DNA from: Dehalococcoidia bacterium
GTDB lineage: Bacteria > Chloroflexota > Dehalococcoidia > Lucifugimonadales > UBA2985
Assembly (NCBI GenBank): GCA_965204895.1
Contig: OZ242025.1
Coordinates: forward strand, 1,793,621 to 1,857,620
Reading direction: 5' to 3'
Length of the DNA: 64,000 bases
Below are positions 16,337 through 26,503 of the stretch, in pieces (position 1 is the first letter of the stretch; each line of letters starts with the position of its first letter). Below the pieces are notes generated by a model that had not been told where the DNA came from, made no database searches, and worked only from the letters and a program-made list of their open reading frames with translations. The translations under genes were made by a program, and so were the position numbers.

Positions 16337-19300
16337 ATGCGAACTATAGATTCATCCATCTCGGTAATCAAGCCGTCCAACCTGGCGTGGTGGCACAGGA
16401 GTTGGACAGGGCGATTTGTTCTGGCGGCCCTGCTCATTGCGGCTGCCGCCTTTGCCCTTATGCCGGACAGGACGTCCGCACAGGCCACGGTCGGAATAAC
16501 CGACTACTGTAAAGCTGACGGCGCTACCGGCCCCGGCGGTACTACGATTCCCACCGGAGACGTCGACGAAGACAACGGCATCATTACCGCTAACGTATTC
16601 ACCGAAGGCCTCCAGGCTGACTGTATCGCGTTGCTTACAGCGGCGGAAGCGCTGGAAGATGACAATGATGGTCCGAATGATGACAATGCGGATGTCGTGA
16701 ATGGGGATGCCGTAAACTGGATAGACGTGGACACACTACCGGACTTGAACACTGGTGGATGGGACGGCGTCACGGTCGCGGACCCTGACACCACTGACAC
16801 AGACACTGCCATTAGGGTTACAGAAGTCATCCTTCCCAGTGATTTGTCTGGCGGGTCGCTGGTGGCGGCATGGGCAGATCTCTCCGAGTTGACAAGCCTT
16901 AACCTTTCCGGCAACCATCTGAGTGGGGCTGTCCCGCGCAGCGTGTGGGAGTTCTTTGATGAGCAGATAACGTCCACTACTAATACGGATACCGACACGG
17001 ACAACGTAGATGCTCTGAATCTTGGCAGCAACCCAGACTTGGAACCGTCTCCTACGCTTAATCTGAAGGGTGTGGTGACCAAGGTAGCGGAGGGTGATGA
17101 CGCGGGCAAGACACAGGTTGAACTCTCCTTTGACAACGTCTGGTACACAACGGAGGTAACGGCGCACGAGTACCGGTACAGCGCCGACGGCGGTACATCC
17201 TGGGGCCCGAACGACGCCGAGAACGGCATGGGTTGGATGTCCATGGACGCGCTGCGCTGTCCTGTAACCCCTGCTACAGATCCTCCAACATATCAGCCTT
17301 GCGACAAGCTTGACAGCGCGACGCCCCAGGCTCGTGTGAGGAATACGATCGAGGTTATCCCTGAAGAGGACAAGGCCACCTACATCTTTGAGGTGCGGCG
17401 GGTTAAGGAAGTTGTGACTACGGAAGATGACGCTAGTACAACGGATGTAGACGAGACCGAAAAGGAAACTACAAAGAGTGAGGCCTCCCGGCTGGACGTG
17501 GTTGGCCCACGGACACTGACGGCGGATAGCCCATTCAGCCTGACCGTGGCGGTGGCCTACACGCCCACCCAGGAACCCGAGGAAGAGGATGGGGACAAGA
17601 CTTTCAAGGTGGAAGTCCTGGATGCGGAAGGCGAAGTTAACGATGAAGCGGACGACATCCTCACTATTGAGGTGGAAAGCACGGATGACGCCGTCACCTT
17701 GAAGTTCAACCCCTCGGCCGAAGGAAGCGCCAGGGTCACCCTTGGCTCACCGGCCACGGGCAAAGGCTCAACCAGCGTCTCCCACACCTTCCCTGTCACA
17801 ATTCACTCGGCGGACACCGCGCCCAAGCTGAGGGTGAACAGGATACGCCCCCAGGAGGTGGTCAACCACCGGCGCGACACCACCCTGGACCTGTCCAGGT
17901 ATTTTGAGGACTCTGGTAACCTGACGTTCGAAGCGGACTCGTCTGACGAGCGCGTGGCTACCGTTACCGTTGTTATAGACGAGGACGATGGCTCTTTGCT
18001 GGTCATTGACCCACATCGACCGGGCAGGACCATGATCACCATCACGGCCACCAATCCGGATCAGGGCACGTTCCAGCATGAATTCAGAGTGACGGTCGTG
18101 GACCCCAACACGGCTCCCCAGCTTGTGGGGACCATCCCGGACCTCACCCTCTACCTGGATGACGAGGGCACCCGGATAGACATGACCCAGTACTTCCGTG
18201 ACCTGGACAACGACTTCCTGCGCTTCATCCCGCAGTCGTCCAACGCCATGGTGCTCACGGCAAGGCCGGACGGCCGCTTCGTGGTCTTCCAGGTGACGGG
18301 CGTTGGAGAGGTCAGGATGACCATCATCGCCCAGGACGACGCCGGGGCCACGGCCTTTGGCAGCTTCAACGTTGAGGTGCTTGACCCCAACGACGCGCCG
18401 GAGGCGGTTGGCGAGATACCCAAGCAGCAGGTGCGCCTGGAGAGCTCCGGCGTGGCAATTGGCCTGGGCTCCTACTTCACGGACGCCAACGGCGACCCGC
18501 TGACCTACACGGCGGTATCGGCAGACGAGGCGATAGCGACGGTGGAGTTGATGGAGGCCACGGCCACCATAATGGCGGTGGCCCTTGGAGAGACCACGGT
18601 TACCTTTACGGCCACGGATCCGGGCGGGAAGTACGCCATGCAGGTGGCGGAGGTGGAGGTGCTGCCGGCCAACATGCCGCCGGTGCTCCTGGAGGAGATA
18701 CCGGACGTGCTGATGCAGGACGACGACGAGCCCCTGGGTCTGGACGTGACCATGTACTTCAGTGACCCTGAGGGCGAGGGCCTGGACTTCGCCGGAAGTG
18801 GCGACAACGAAGCGGTGGCGGTGGTCAGGGTGCACAGCGACGGCCTGGTGCGTGTGGACGCCCAGGAGGTCAGCCCCGGAGCGGCCGGTGAAGTTGAGAT
18901 AACGGTGTCGGCCCGCGACCCGCACGGCGCGTCGGTGTCGGACACCTTCATAGTGACGGTGCAGGGCAACCTGCCGCCAGAGGCGGTGGGCAGCATAGAG
19001 GACCAGGCGCTGCTTGAGGGCCGGGACGCGCTGATGGAGGTTGCTGAGTACTTCAACGACCCCAACGGCGACGAGCTGACCTACATGGCAACCTCGGACA
19101 ACCTTGATGCGGTTGCGGCCGTCAGCATAGAGGGCAGCCAGCAGATAGTGTTGAGGGCGCTCTCGCCTGCGGAGAATGTGACCGTAACGGTGACGGCAAT
19201 GGACCCGGACGGAGAGTCTGCGGCTCAGCTGATAAACGTGACGGTGATAGCTGCGGCGCCACCGCCCACGGCGACGCCTGAGCCCACGGCCACGCCTGAG

Positions 19301-19453
19301 CCGACGCCGACGCCGGCCCCCACGGCCACGCCGGCTCCCACGCCGACTCCTGAGCCGGAGGAGGGCGGATTCCCGGTGGGGCTGATTATAGTGCTCCTGC
19401 TGGTGCTGGCCGGTATAGCTGCGGCGGTGTTCATCATCCAGCGTCGCCGGTAG
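16337..19453 (+). CDS. Large cell-surface protein with five cadherin/Ig-like repeats, PT-rich stalk and C-terminal TM anchor
   Basis: N-terminal signal/anchor (FVLAALLIAAAAFALMP). Five repeats of about 100 aa share (N)xxP..(V)G.IPD...YF.D.(D/N)GD.L(T/R)(Y/F). PT linker TATPEPTATPEPTPTPAP. The tail is GGFPVGLIIVLLLVLAGIAAAVFIIQRRR. Confidence 0.75.
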   Translation: MRTIDSSISVIKPSNLAWWHRSWTGRFVLAALLIAAAAFALMPDRTSAQATVGITDYCKADGATGPGGTTIPTGDVDEDNGIITANVFTEGLQADCIALLTAAEALEDDNDGPNDDNADVVNGDAVNWIDVDTLPDLNTGGWDGVTVADPDTTDTDTAIRVTEVILPSDLSGGSLVAAWADLSELTSLNLSGNHLSGAVPRSVWEFFDEQITSTTNTDTDTDNVDALNLGSNPDLEPSPTLNLKGVVTKVAEGDDAGKTQVELSFDNVWYTTEVTAHEYRYSADGGTSWGPNDAENGMGWMSMDALRCPVTPATDPPTYQPCDKLDSATPQARVRNTIEVIPEEDKATYIFEVRRVKEVVTTEDDASTTDVDETEKETTKSEASRLDVVGPRTLTADSPFSLTVAVAYTPTQEPEEEDGDKTFKVEVLDAEGEVNDEADDILTIEVESTDDAVTLKFNPSAEGSARVTLGSPATGKGSTSVSHTFPVTIHSADTAPKLRVNRIRPQEVVNHRRDTTLDLSRYFEDSGNLTFEADSSDERVATVTVVIDEDDGSLLVIDPHRPGRTMITITATNPDQGTFQHEFRVTVVDPNTAPQLVGTIPDLTLYLDDEGTRIDMTQYFRDLDNDFLRFIPQSSNAMVLTARPDGRFVVFQVTGVGEVRMTIIAQDDAGATAFGSFNVEVLDPNDAPEAVGEIPKQQVRLESSGVAIGLGSYFTDANGDPLTYTAVSADEAIATVELMEATATIMAVALGETTVTFTATDPGGKYAMQVAEVEVLPANMPPVLLEEIPDVLMQDDDEPLGLDVTMYFSDPEGEGLDFAGSGDNEAVAVVRVHSDGLVRVDAQEVSPGAAGEVEITVSARDPHGASVSDTFIVTVQGNLPPEAVGSIEDQALLEGRDALMEVAEYFNDPNGDELTYMATSDNLDAVAAVSIEGSQQIVLRALSPAENVTVTVTAMDPDGESAAQLINVTVIAAAPPPTATPEPTATPEPTPTPAPTATPAPTPTPEPEEGGFPVGLIIVLLLVLAGIAAAVFIIQRRR

Positions 19454-19454
19454 A

Positions 19455-20375
19455 CGCTCGCCATCCTCCACCGTCATTCCCGTGAAGACGGGAATCCGGG
19501 AGGAGCGGTAGCGGAAAGCTAGGGAACAATGAGGCCCCTCGCTAAATGCGGGGGGCCTTCTTTTGTCAGCACGACCATTCCTGCGAAGGGGTGGCGTGGG
19601 GGTCGGCGTCTTTTGATTCCTCACTGCGTTCGGAATGACATTGCCGTCGTCATTCCTGCCAGGCAGAATTCAGGGACGTGATCTGTCATGCCCGTGCAGC
19701 CTGCCCCGTACTTGATACGGGGACGGGCATCCAAGGACGGGAGATGGATTCCTGCCTCCGCAGGAATGGTCTGTATCTGGTGTCGTTGTCCCCGTTGAGC
19801 GGCTTTGGATTCCTCGCTGCGCTCGGAATGGCGTTGCCGTCGTCATTCCGGCGGAAGCCGGAATCCAGGGCCTTGATCCGTCATGCCCGTGCAGCCTGCC
19901 CCGTACTTGATACGGGGACGGGCATCCAAGGACGGGGGATGGATTCCTGCCTCCGCAGGAATGGTCTGCATAAGGCGTCGTTGTCCCCGTTGAGCGGCTT
20001 TGGATTCCCCACTGCGCTCGGAATGGCGTTGCCGTCGTCATTCCTGCCAGGCAGAATTCAGGGACATGATCTGTCATGCCCGTGCAGCCTGCCCCGTACT
20101 TGATACGGGGACGGGCATCCGGGCGCTGGAGATGGATTCCTGCCTCCGCAGGAATGGTCTGTATCTGGTGTCGTTGTCCCCGCTGAGCGGATTTAGATTC
20201 CTCGCTGCGCTCGGAATGGCGTTGCCGTCGTCATTCCGGCGGAAGCCGGAATCCAGAGGCGAGGGGATGGCGGAATCCCGCCCCGTATCGGAGTGCGGGA
20301 CAGGCCTGGGTGGGAGTAGTGTTTGTATACCATTCCTGCGGAGGCAGGAATCCAGAGGTGGGGGAGGTGGACTCC
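19455..20375. repeat. Higher-order tandem array of clamp-hairpin modules (unit about 193-195 bp, about 4 units, alternating A/B subtypes)
   Basis: cggaatg(a/g)c(a/g)ttgccgtcgtcattcc recurs at 19631, 19824, 20019 and 20212. Units 1 and 3 carry cattcctgccaggcagaattcagg; units 2 and 4 carry cattccggcggaagccggaatccag. Confidence 0.95.
19532..19565 (+). terminator. Intrinsic terminator after the 1038-aa surface protein gene
   Basis: aggcccc(t)cgc-taaat-gcg(g)ggggcct followed by tcttttg. Confidence 0.7.
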
Positions 20376-20378
20376 CGT

Positions 20379-21497
20379 TTACATGTGAGTGACAGTCTGC
20401 AGCGCAACGCCAGAGGGCCCCAGCGCGCCCTCAATGTACCCGCCGCCAAGCACCTCATCGCCCAGGTAGAAGACCACGGCCTGGCCCGGCGTAACGGCGC
20501 GCTGCGGCTCCCGGAATCGCACCTCCGCCCAGTCGCCGTGGGGCGCGAGGGTGGCGGCGGAGTCGCCCGCCTTGTAGCGGATCCTGGCCTCAATCTCCAC
20601 CGGGCCCTCCGGCGCAACCCCCGAGAGGTAGTTGACGCCGCCGGCCCACAGGCTGCTCTGCATAAGGCCCTCCGCCGGCCCCACCACAACCCGGTTGGCC
20701 TCCGCATCAATCGCAAGCACGAACATGGGCTTCTCGCTGTGAATGCCCAGGCCGCGCCGCTGGCCCACGGTGAAGCCCTGGACGCCCTGGTGACGCCCCA
20801 GGACCGTCCCGGACCCGTCGACAATCTCACCCGGCGCGGGCGGGAACCTCTGGGCCAGGTATGCGCGGTAGTCGTTCTGGGGGATGAAGCATATCTCCTG
20901 GCTGTCCGGCTTGTCCGCCACGGGCAGGCCCTCGGCGCGGGCGATGTCGCGGATGGCCTTCTTGGGATGCCAGCCCACGGGGAGCAGGAGGCGCGCCGCC
21001 TGGTGGGAGCGCAGGTTGAACAGCACGTAGGACTGGTCCTTTGTGGGGTCTATGCCCTTGAGGAGGCGCGGCGCGCCCGATGACGCGTCCAGGCGGGCGT
21101 AGTGGCCCGTGGCAACGTAGTCAATGTCCAGGGCGGCGGCCTTCTTCATAAGGAAGTCAAACTTTATCTTGTCGTTGCAGGCCAGGCAGGGATGGGGCGT
21201 GCGGCCCCGCAGGTACTCGCTGCAGAAGTAGTCGATGACGTGGGCCTGGAACTCCTGCTGGAAGTTCATCACGTAGTGGGGCGCGCCGATGATCTGGCAC
21301 ACGCGGCGGGCGTCCTCGATGTCGTCCAGGGTACAGCAGCCCCGCGACTGCCCGGGGCGCTGGGCCTCAGCCTCCTCGTCGCTCCACAGCTTCATCGTCA
21401 CACCCACGACGTCGTAGCCGTCGGCCTTCAGGAGGCACGCGGCAACGGAGGAGTCGACGCCCCCGCTCATGGCTACAACCACTTTTCCCTTGCTCAT
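20379..21497 (-). CDS. mnmA: tRNA-specific 2-thiouridylase MnmA
   Basis: PP-loop motif VVVAMSGGVDSSVAA with conserved catalytic Cys regions. Start at MSKGKVV (ATG 21497) within ORF 20379..21548. Confidence 0.9.
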   Translation of the reverse strand: MSKGKVVVAMSGGVDSSVAACLLKADGYDVVGVTMKLWSDEEAEAQRPGQSRGCCTLDDIEDARRVCQIIGAPHYVMNFQQEFQAHVIDYFCSEYLRGRTPHPCLACNDKIKFDFLMKKAAALDIDYVATGHYARLDASSGAPRLLKGIDPTKDQSYVLFNLRSHQAARLLLPVGWHPKKAIRDIARAEGLPVADKPDSQEICFIPQNDYRAYLAQRFPPAPGEIVDGSGTVLGRHQGVQGFTVGQRRGLGIHSEKPMFVLAIDAEANRVVVGPAEGLMQSSLWAGGVNYLSGVAPEGPVEIEARIRYKAGDSAATLAPHGDWAEVRFREPQRAVTPGQAVVFYLGDEVLGGGYIEGALGPSGVALQTVTHM

Positions 21498-21681
21498 CAA
21501 GTCCAGTATACCCCGCGAGTCGGTTCTGGTGAAGGGCCACTTTCCCAAAGCCGCGTTTTCGCCGCCTTCTGATAGTGGAAGTCTTGCCCATTAGGGTATA
21601 TACTATCCCTGCAAGGGGTAGCTGAGTGCCGGAGCATCCTATCCCAAAATCATATGCTGGGCACCCAGCTGGAGGAGAATC

Positions 21682-21990
21682 TTGAGGATATATGTAGGGA
21701 ACCTGCCGTACGAGTCCACGGAAGACGATCTGATTGAGGCCTTTTCGGCTCACGGAGAAGTGGAGTCGGTAACGGTTATAAGAGACAGGGACACGGGCCG
21801 ATCAAAGGGCTTTGCCTTTGTGGAGATGCCAACCAACTCGGAGGCCGAGGCTGCCATTGCGGCCTTCAACGGCCAGGAGTTCAACCGACGCACCCTGACG
21901 GTCAACGAGGCCCGGCCCAGGGCCGACCGCGGCTTCGGCGGCGGCGGTGGTGGAGGTGGCGGCAGAGGCGGCGGGATGCCTCGCTGGTAG
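21682..21990 (+). CDS. RRM-type RNA-binding protein with Gly-rich tail
   Basis: RNP2 IYVGNL, RNP1 KGFAFVEM, C-terminal GFGGGGGGGGGRGGG. TTG start preceded by GGAGGAG. Confidence 0.85.
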   Translation: MRIYVGNLPYESTEDDLIEAFSAHGEVESVTVIRDRDTGRSKGFAFVEMPTNSEAEAAIAAFNGQEFNRRTLTVNEARPRADRGFGGGGGGGGGRGGGMPRW

Positions 21991-22025
21991 CCGGCGCCAC
22001 CTTCTGACGCGGCGGAGGAAGTCCA

Positions 22026-22514
22026 TTGGAGGCCACCTCCTCACGAGACATTGACGTGCAGGTCTTCCCGGCGTATGCGGGGAGGGTCTCGAAGTCGTGG
22101 CTGAGGATGGTGGCGTCCCAGGCGCTCGGTTCTGAAGACAGGGACGAATCGTCCGGCGTCAGCCTCGTCATAGCCGACGATGAGACTCTGAGAGGGCTCA
22201 ACCTGGAGTACCGGGGGCTGGACGAGGTTACGGACGTGCTCGCCTTCTCTCTGGAGGAAGCCGGCGGCGACCACCCGGACGGGGCATTCCCTGACACCCC
22301 AGATGAGGCGTCACACATGGGAGAGATAGTGATATCCTATCCCCAGGCAAAGCGCCAGGCCAGGGAGGCGAAGAAGCCTCTCAGGGCGGAGCTTGCCCTG
22401 CTGGTGGTCCACGGCGTCCTGCACCTTCTGGGGTACGACCACGCAGAGCCGCAGGAGGAGAGAGTCATGTGGGCTAGGCAGGACAGGGTTCTGGCAAACG
22501 TCCCCCTGAAGTAG
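22026..22514 (+). CDS. ybeY: rRNA maturation endoribonuclease YbeY
   Basis: Zinc motif HGVLHLLGYDH near the C-terminus and typical length. Confidence 0.85.
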   Translation: MEATSSRDIDVQVFPAYAGRVSKSWLRMVASQALGSEDRDESSGVSLVIADDETLRGLNLEYRGLDEVTDVLAFSLEEAGGDHPDGAFPDTPDEASHMGEIVISYPQAKRQAREAKKPLRAELALLVVHGVLHLLGYDHAEPQEERVMWARQDRVLANVPLK

Positions 22515-22527
22515 GAGCGATTCGGAG

Positions 22528-24210
22528 TTGACGCAGGTTTTCTATCGAAAATGGCGTCCCAGGACGCTGGAAGACGTAATAGGCCAGGACCACGTCGCAA
22601 GAACGCTTAAGCAGGCGGTGGTGCAGGGCAGGATAGCCCACGCCTACCTCTTCTGCGGCCCCAGGGGCACGGGGAAGACCAGCACGGCCCGCATCCTGGC
22701 AAAGGCGGTGAACTGCGCCAGCCCCAACGACGGCGAACCCTGCAACTCGTGCTCATCCTGCGAGGCCGTCAACGAGGGCAGGGCGCTGGACCTTGTGGAG
22801 ATTGACGCCGCCAGCCACCGCGGTATCGACGACATTCGCAACCTGAAGGAGAAGGTGCACTTCACGCCCGCGGAGGGCGCGTACAAGGTGTACATTGTGG
22901 ACGAGGTGCACATGATGACCTCGGACGCGTTCAACGCCCTGCTCAAGACGCTGGAGGAGCCACCGGCCCACGCCATATTTGTGCTGGCCACCACGGAGGC
23001 CCACAGGGTGCCGGCCACGGTGATCTCCCGCTGCCAGCGCTTCGACTTTCACCGCATCTCCAACCGCCACATTGAGGAGTGCCTTGCCAAGATATGCGAA
23101 AGCGAGGGGATTGAGGCCGAACCCCAGGCGCTGAGGGCAATCGCCGGAAACGCCGCCGGCAGCCTGCGGGACGCCGAGAACCTGCTGGAGCAGCTGGTGG
23201 TCTCCTACGACTCCCACGTTACCCTTGACCACGTCAGAGAGCTGCTGGGCCAGGGCGACGACGAGCTGGCCCTTGACCTGGTGAGGAGCGCGCTCAAGGG
23301 TGAGGTCTCGGCGGGACTCAAGACAATCGTCGCGGTGGCCGACCAGGGGCTGGACCCTCGGCGGTTTCACAAGCAGGTCGTCGACCACCTGCGGGGCGTG
23401 CTGCTCATCAAGGCCGGCGCGGAGGACGCCCTGGACTATCCGCAGGAGACGCTGGAGGCGATAAGGGCCGCGGCGGAGTCCTGCACCCTGGAGAGGGCGC
23501 TGAAGGCTGTCCAGATGTTTGAGCAGAGGCCGGTGTCCCAGGACGGCTTTCCCACCCTGTCCCTTGAGATGGCGCTGGTGGAGACGTCCCTGGAGAGCGA
23601 GCCTCCGCAGCCCGCCCCCGCCACTCGGACGGCATCCGCTCCCGCCGCCAACACCCGGCCTGCCGCGAGGGACGCCCCGCCCCGCTCCGCCCCGCCCCGC
23701 CGCGAGGCTGAACGCCCGGTCGCCAGGTCGGAGCCGCCCGCCGCGCCCGCAAGACAGACGGCGTCGCCACCTGCTGAGACGCCCGTGGGGCAGACGGCTG
23801 CATCGTCGGAAAACGGGCAGGCCGCCCCAATCGCGGACGGCAGCCCAATGCCGGAGGAGCACTGGGGTGCAATCCAGAAGGCCATGAAGCGGTTCAAGGG
23901 GCAGAAGTTCAACATTGGAGCGCTGCTCATGGACTGCGGCGCCAGGTACATTGAGGACGACTCCCTGGTGCTGGTGTTCAAGAACCGCCCCAACATGGAG
24001 CGGCTGGAGGGCGAGCTGGAGAACCCGGACACCCGCAGGGGCATACAGCAGGCTGTTCAGGACGTAACCGGTACCTCCTACAACCTGCGACTGACCCTGG
24101 CGGACCAGGGCAGCGTCGGCGCAGGGCAATCGAAAGGCCACCTGGTGCGGGCGGCCCTGAACATGGGCGCGCGCCTGGTCGAAGAAGAAGAGGAGAGACC
24201 CAATGAATAG
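22528..24210 (+). CDS. dnaX: DNA polymerase III subunit gamma/tau
   Basis: Motifs YRKWRP, AAA+ Walker [10 protein letters not shown], zinc module CNSCSSC, Walker [15 protein letters not shown]. Confidence 0.92.
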   Translation: MTQVFYRKWRPRTLEDVIGQDHVARTLKQAVVQGRIAHAYLFCGPRGTGKTSTARILAKAVNCASPNDGEPCNSCSSCEAVNEGRALDLVEIDAASHRGIDDIRNLKEKVHFTPAEGAYKVYIVDEVHMMTSDAFNALLKTLEEPPAHAIFVLATTEAHRVPATVISRCQRFDFHRISNRHIEECLAKICESEGIEAEPQALRAIAGNAAGSLRDAENLLEQLVVSYDSHVTLDHVRELLGQGDDELALDLVRSALKGEVSAGLKTIVAVADQGLDPRRFHKQVVDHLRGVLLIKAGAEDALDYPQETLEAIRAAAESCTLERALKAVQMFEQRPVSQDGFPTLSLEMALVETSLESEPPQPAPATRTASAPAANTRPAARDAPPRSAPPRREAERPVARSEPPAAPARQTASPPAETPVGQTAASSENGQAAPIADGSPMPEEHWGAIQKAMKRFKGQKFNIGALLMDCGARYIEDDSLVLVFKNRPNMERLEGELENPDTRRGIQQAVQDVTGTSYNLRLTLADQGSVGAGQSKGHLVRAALNMGARLVEEEEERPNE

Positions 24211-24508
24211 GAACATGATGCGCCAAGCGCAGCAGCTTCAGGCCCGGCTGGCCAAGGCCCAGGAGGAGTTGGAGAGCGCCGTTGTGGAGGCCACCGCCGG
24301 AGGGGGCGTGGTCAAGGTGACGGTGACCGGGAAGCTGAAGGTGCAGTCCATTGAGATTGCGCCGGAGGCGGTAGACCCCGAGGACGTGGATATGCTCCAG
24401 GACCTGGTCATGGCGGCGACCAACGAGGCCATCGACAAGGCGCAGGAGCTTGCCCAGACCCGCTTGAGCGCCATAACCGGCGGGATGAAGATACCCGGGC
24501 TGACGTAG
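24203..24508 (+). CDS. ybaB: Nucleoid-associated protein YbaB/EbfC
   Basis: 101-aa ORF with MMRQAQQLQ...[11 protein letters not shown], in the conserved position between dnaX and recR. Confidence 0.88.
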   Translation: MNRNMMRQAQQLQARLAKAQEELESAVVEATAGGGVVKVTVTGKLKVQSIEIAPEAVDPEDVDMLQDLVMAATNEAIDKAQELAQTRLSAITGGMKIPGLT

Positions 24509-24531
24509 AGCGCCCGCGCGGGTACGCTGCA

Positions 24532-25146
24532 ATGACCTACGATTTCCTCCCGTCCGTGGCCGCTCCTCTGGCGCGCCTCATTGAGGAGTTCCACAAGCTG
24601 CCGGGCATTGGCCCCAAGAGCGCCCAGCGCCTGGCCTACTACCTCATTCGTATGCCCCCGGATGAGGCGCGGTCGCTGGCAGAGGCTGTCCTGGCCGTCA
24701 AGGAGCGGGTCATCTTCTGCAGCGTCTGCCAGAACATCACCGAGAGCAGCCCTTGCTACCTCTGCTCCCACGAGGGTCGTGACAGGTCTCGGATATGCGT
24801 GGTGGAGGAGCCCCTGGACGTGCTCTCCCTTGAGCGCACACAGGTGTACAAGGGGCTTTACCACGTGCTCCACGGCGTTATATCGCCCGCCAGCGGCATA
24901 GGGCCGGACGACCTGAAGCTGCGGGAGTTGATGGATCGTCTGAAGGACAACCAGGTGGGAGAGGTGATCCTGGCGACCAACCCCAGCCTGGAGGGCGAGA
25001 ACACTTCAATGTACATACAGCGTATGCTCTCGCCCCTGGGTTTGCGGGTGACGCGCCTCGCCAGGGGTCTTCCCGTAGGCGGAGACCTGGAGTACGCTGA
25101 CGAGGTTACGCTAAGCCGCGCCCTGGAGGGCCGTCAGGAAGTGTAG
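24532..25146 (+). CDS. recR: Recombination protein RecR
   Basis: HhH motif [15 protein letters not shown]4 zinc finger CSVCQN..CYLC and a Toprim region. Confidence 0.92.
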   Translation: MTYDFLPSVAAPLARLIEEFHKLPGIGPKSAQRLAYYLIRMPPDEARSLAEAVLAVKERVIFCSVCQNITESSPCYLCSHEGRDRSRICVVEEPLDVLSLERTQVYKGLYHVLHGVISPASGIGPDDLKLRELMDRLKDNQVGEVILATNPSLEGENTSMYIQRMLSPLGLRVTRLARGLPVGGDLEYADEVTLSRALEGRQEV

Positions 25147-25163
25147 GCTTTCGAGTTCATCCC

Positions 25164-25970
25164 ATGACCACCACGCCAAAGACATACAAGACGGAGGCTA
25201 TTGTCCTCAGGCACCACCCCATTGGGGAGGCCGACTACCTTCTCACCCTGTTCACCCCCAACAGAGGCAAGGTGCGGGCGGTGGCCAGGGGCGCGCGCCG
25301 CATAAAGAGCAAGCTGGGCGGCCACGTTGAGCCTCCCATGCGCACTTCCCTCTTCATGGTGAAGGGCCAGAACCTGGACACTGTGAACCAGGCTGAGGCG
25401 CTGGAGGGCTTCCGCCCCCTGAGGGAGGACCTGAACAGGCTGTCCCAGGCCCTTTACATGCTGGAGATGGTGGACGCCTTCTCCCAGGAGGAGCAGGCAA
25501 ACTATCCCGTTTATCGACTTGTGCTGGACTCCCTGCGTTCCCTGTCCGGCGATGCGCCGCCCGCTCTTCTGCCGTACTTCCAGATGCGACTCCTCGACCA
25601 CAGCGGCTTCCGGCCGGAGCTGCACCGATGCGTGGAGTGCGAAGCAGGCCTGGAGCCGGGACGCCACTCCTTCGCGCCGAGCCAGGGAGGCGCCCTCTGC
25701 GACTCGTGTCGTCCGCCCGGCGTGAGCATCCTTCCCATGTCCCTGAACGCCGTCAAGGTACTGCGGTTCCTTCAGAGGGAGAGCATGCCCAACGCAGAGA
25801 AGCTCACCCTGGAGCAGGACACTCTTGGAGAGTTGGAGAGGCTTCTGGGCGCGCTGATAAGGTGTGTTCTGGACAGGGACGTGAGGGCGTCCAGGTTTGT
25901 GCAGCAGGTGAACCAGAGAGACCATGTTGAGCCTGTTGGCCTCTCGCACGGAGACCGGGGCAAGGGATGA
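25164..25970 (+). CDS. recO: DNA repair protein RecO
   Basis: N-terminal OB region EAIVLRHHPIGEADYLLTLFTPNRGKVRAVARGARR and a zinc motif CVEC...CDSC. Confidence 0.88.
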   Translation: MTTTPKTYKTEAIVLRHHPIGEADYLLTLFTPNRGKVRAVARGARRIKSKLGGHVEPPMRTSLFMVKGQNLDTVNQAEALEGFRPLREDLNRLSQALYMLEMVDAFSQEEQANYPVYRLVLDSLRSLSGDAPPALLPYFQMRLLDHSGFRPELHRCVECEAGLEPGRHSFAPSQGGALCDSCRPPGVSILPMSLNAVKVLRFLQRESMPNAEKLTLEQDTLGELERLLGALIRCVLDRDVRASRFVQQVNQRDHVEPVGLSHGDRGKG

Positions 25971-26500
25971 ACGTACCGGAGAATCTGGCGGAAGGACTGA
26001 ACCTCGCGGGAACGGGCATGGCCCTTGTCTTTGCCGCGCTGGTGGTCTTCATGCTGATACTCATGGCGCTCCAGAAGCTCTTCCCGGGCGAGGAGATTGA
26101 AGAGGAGGAGTTCTCTGAGGCCGCGGAGCCTGAGCCGGTGGCTGAGGTGATACAGGTTGCCGAGACAGCCCCGGTAGTGGAAAGAGCGCCGGAGCCGCCT
26201 GCAGTCGCCGTCGAGCAACCCGTCGGGAGGATACCCGGGTCGCAGATAGCGGCGATGGCCGTGGCGATATACCTGTCCATGGAACAGCAGGAGCAGTCCC
26301 AACCGTTCGCTGTCGCGGCAGAACCCACTCCGGCTGCAACTCCTGCCCTGGCTCCAAGCCCCGCCACTACCCCGTATGGACGCAGCAGCTGGGGCCGCAT
26401 AGGAAGGGAGGCCATGCTGGAGTCCCAGGGCCGCAGGGCGCCTGCCTACGGCAACCGGCCGCAGAGCGCATTCAACCCCAGGGGAAGCGAGAGGCGGTAG
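25967..26500 (+). CDS. Na+-transporting decarboxylase gamma-subunit-like protein (OadG family) with long Pro/Ala/Glu-rich extension
   Basis: N-terminal single TM LNLAGTGMALVFAALVVFMLILMALQKLF is typical of OadG. The start overlaps the recO stop (ATGA). Confidence 0.6.
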   Translation: MNVPENLAEGLNLAGTGMALVFAALVVFMLILMALQKLFPGEEIEEEEFSEAAEPEPVAEVIQVAETAPVVERAPEPPAVAVEQPVGRIPGSQIAAMAVAIYLSMEQQEQSQPFAVAAEPTPAATPALAPSPATTPYGRSSWGRIGREAMLESQGRRAPAYGNRPQSAFNPRGSERR

Positions 26501-26503
26501 TCC

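Noticed and set aside
19455-20375. Possible CRISPR array
   Set aside because: The units are about 194 bp and contiguous, with no unique spacers. The repeats are composite hairpin modules also found dispersed elsewhere, and no cas genes are in the window.
22753-24216. 487-aa ORF on the minus strand, with many similar long antisense ORFs: 17768..19624, 8026..9402, 30525..31964, 31826..33175, 36642..37958, 12276..13253, 55308..56348, 47041..48063
   Set aside because: They lie antisense to genes with unmistakable conserved motifs (dnaX, surface protein, glyA, gyrA, gcvPB, korB). Their products are Arg/Gly/His/Pro-rich low-complexity sequences with no motifs. This is typical of open antisense frames in high-GC DNA.
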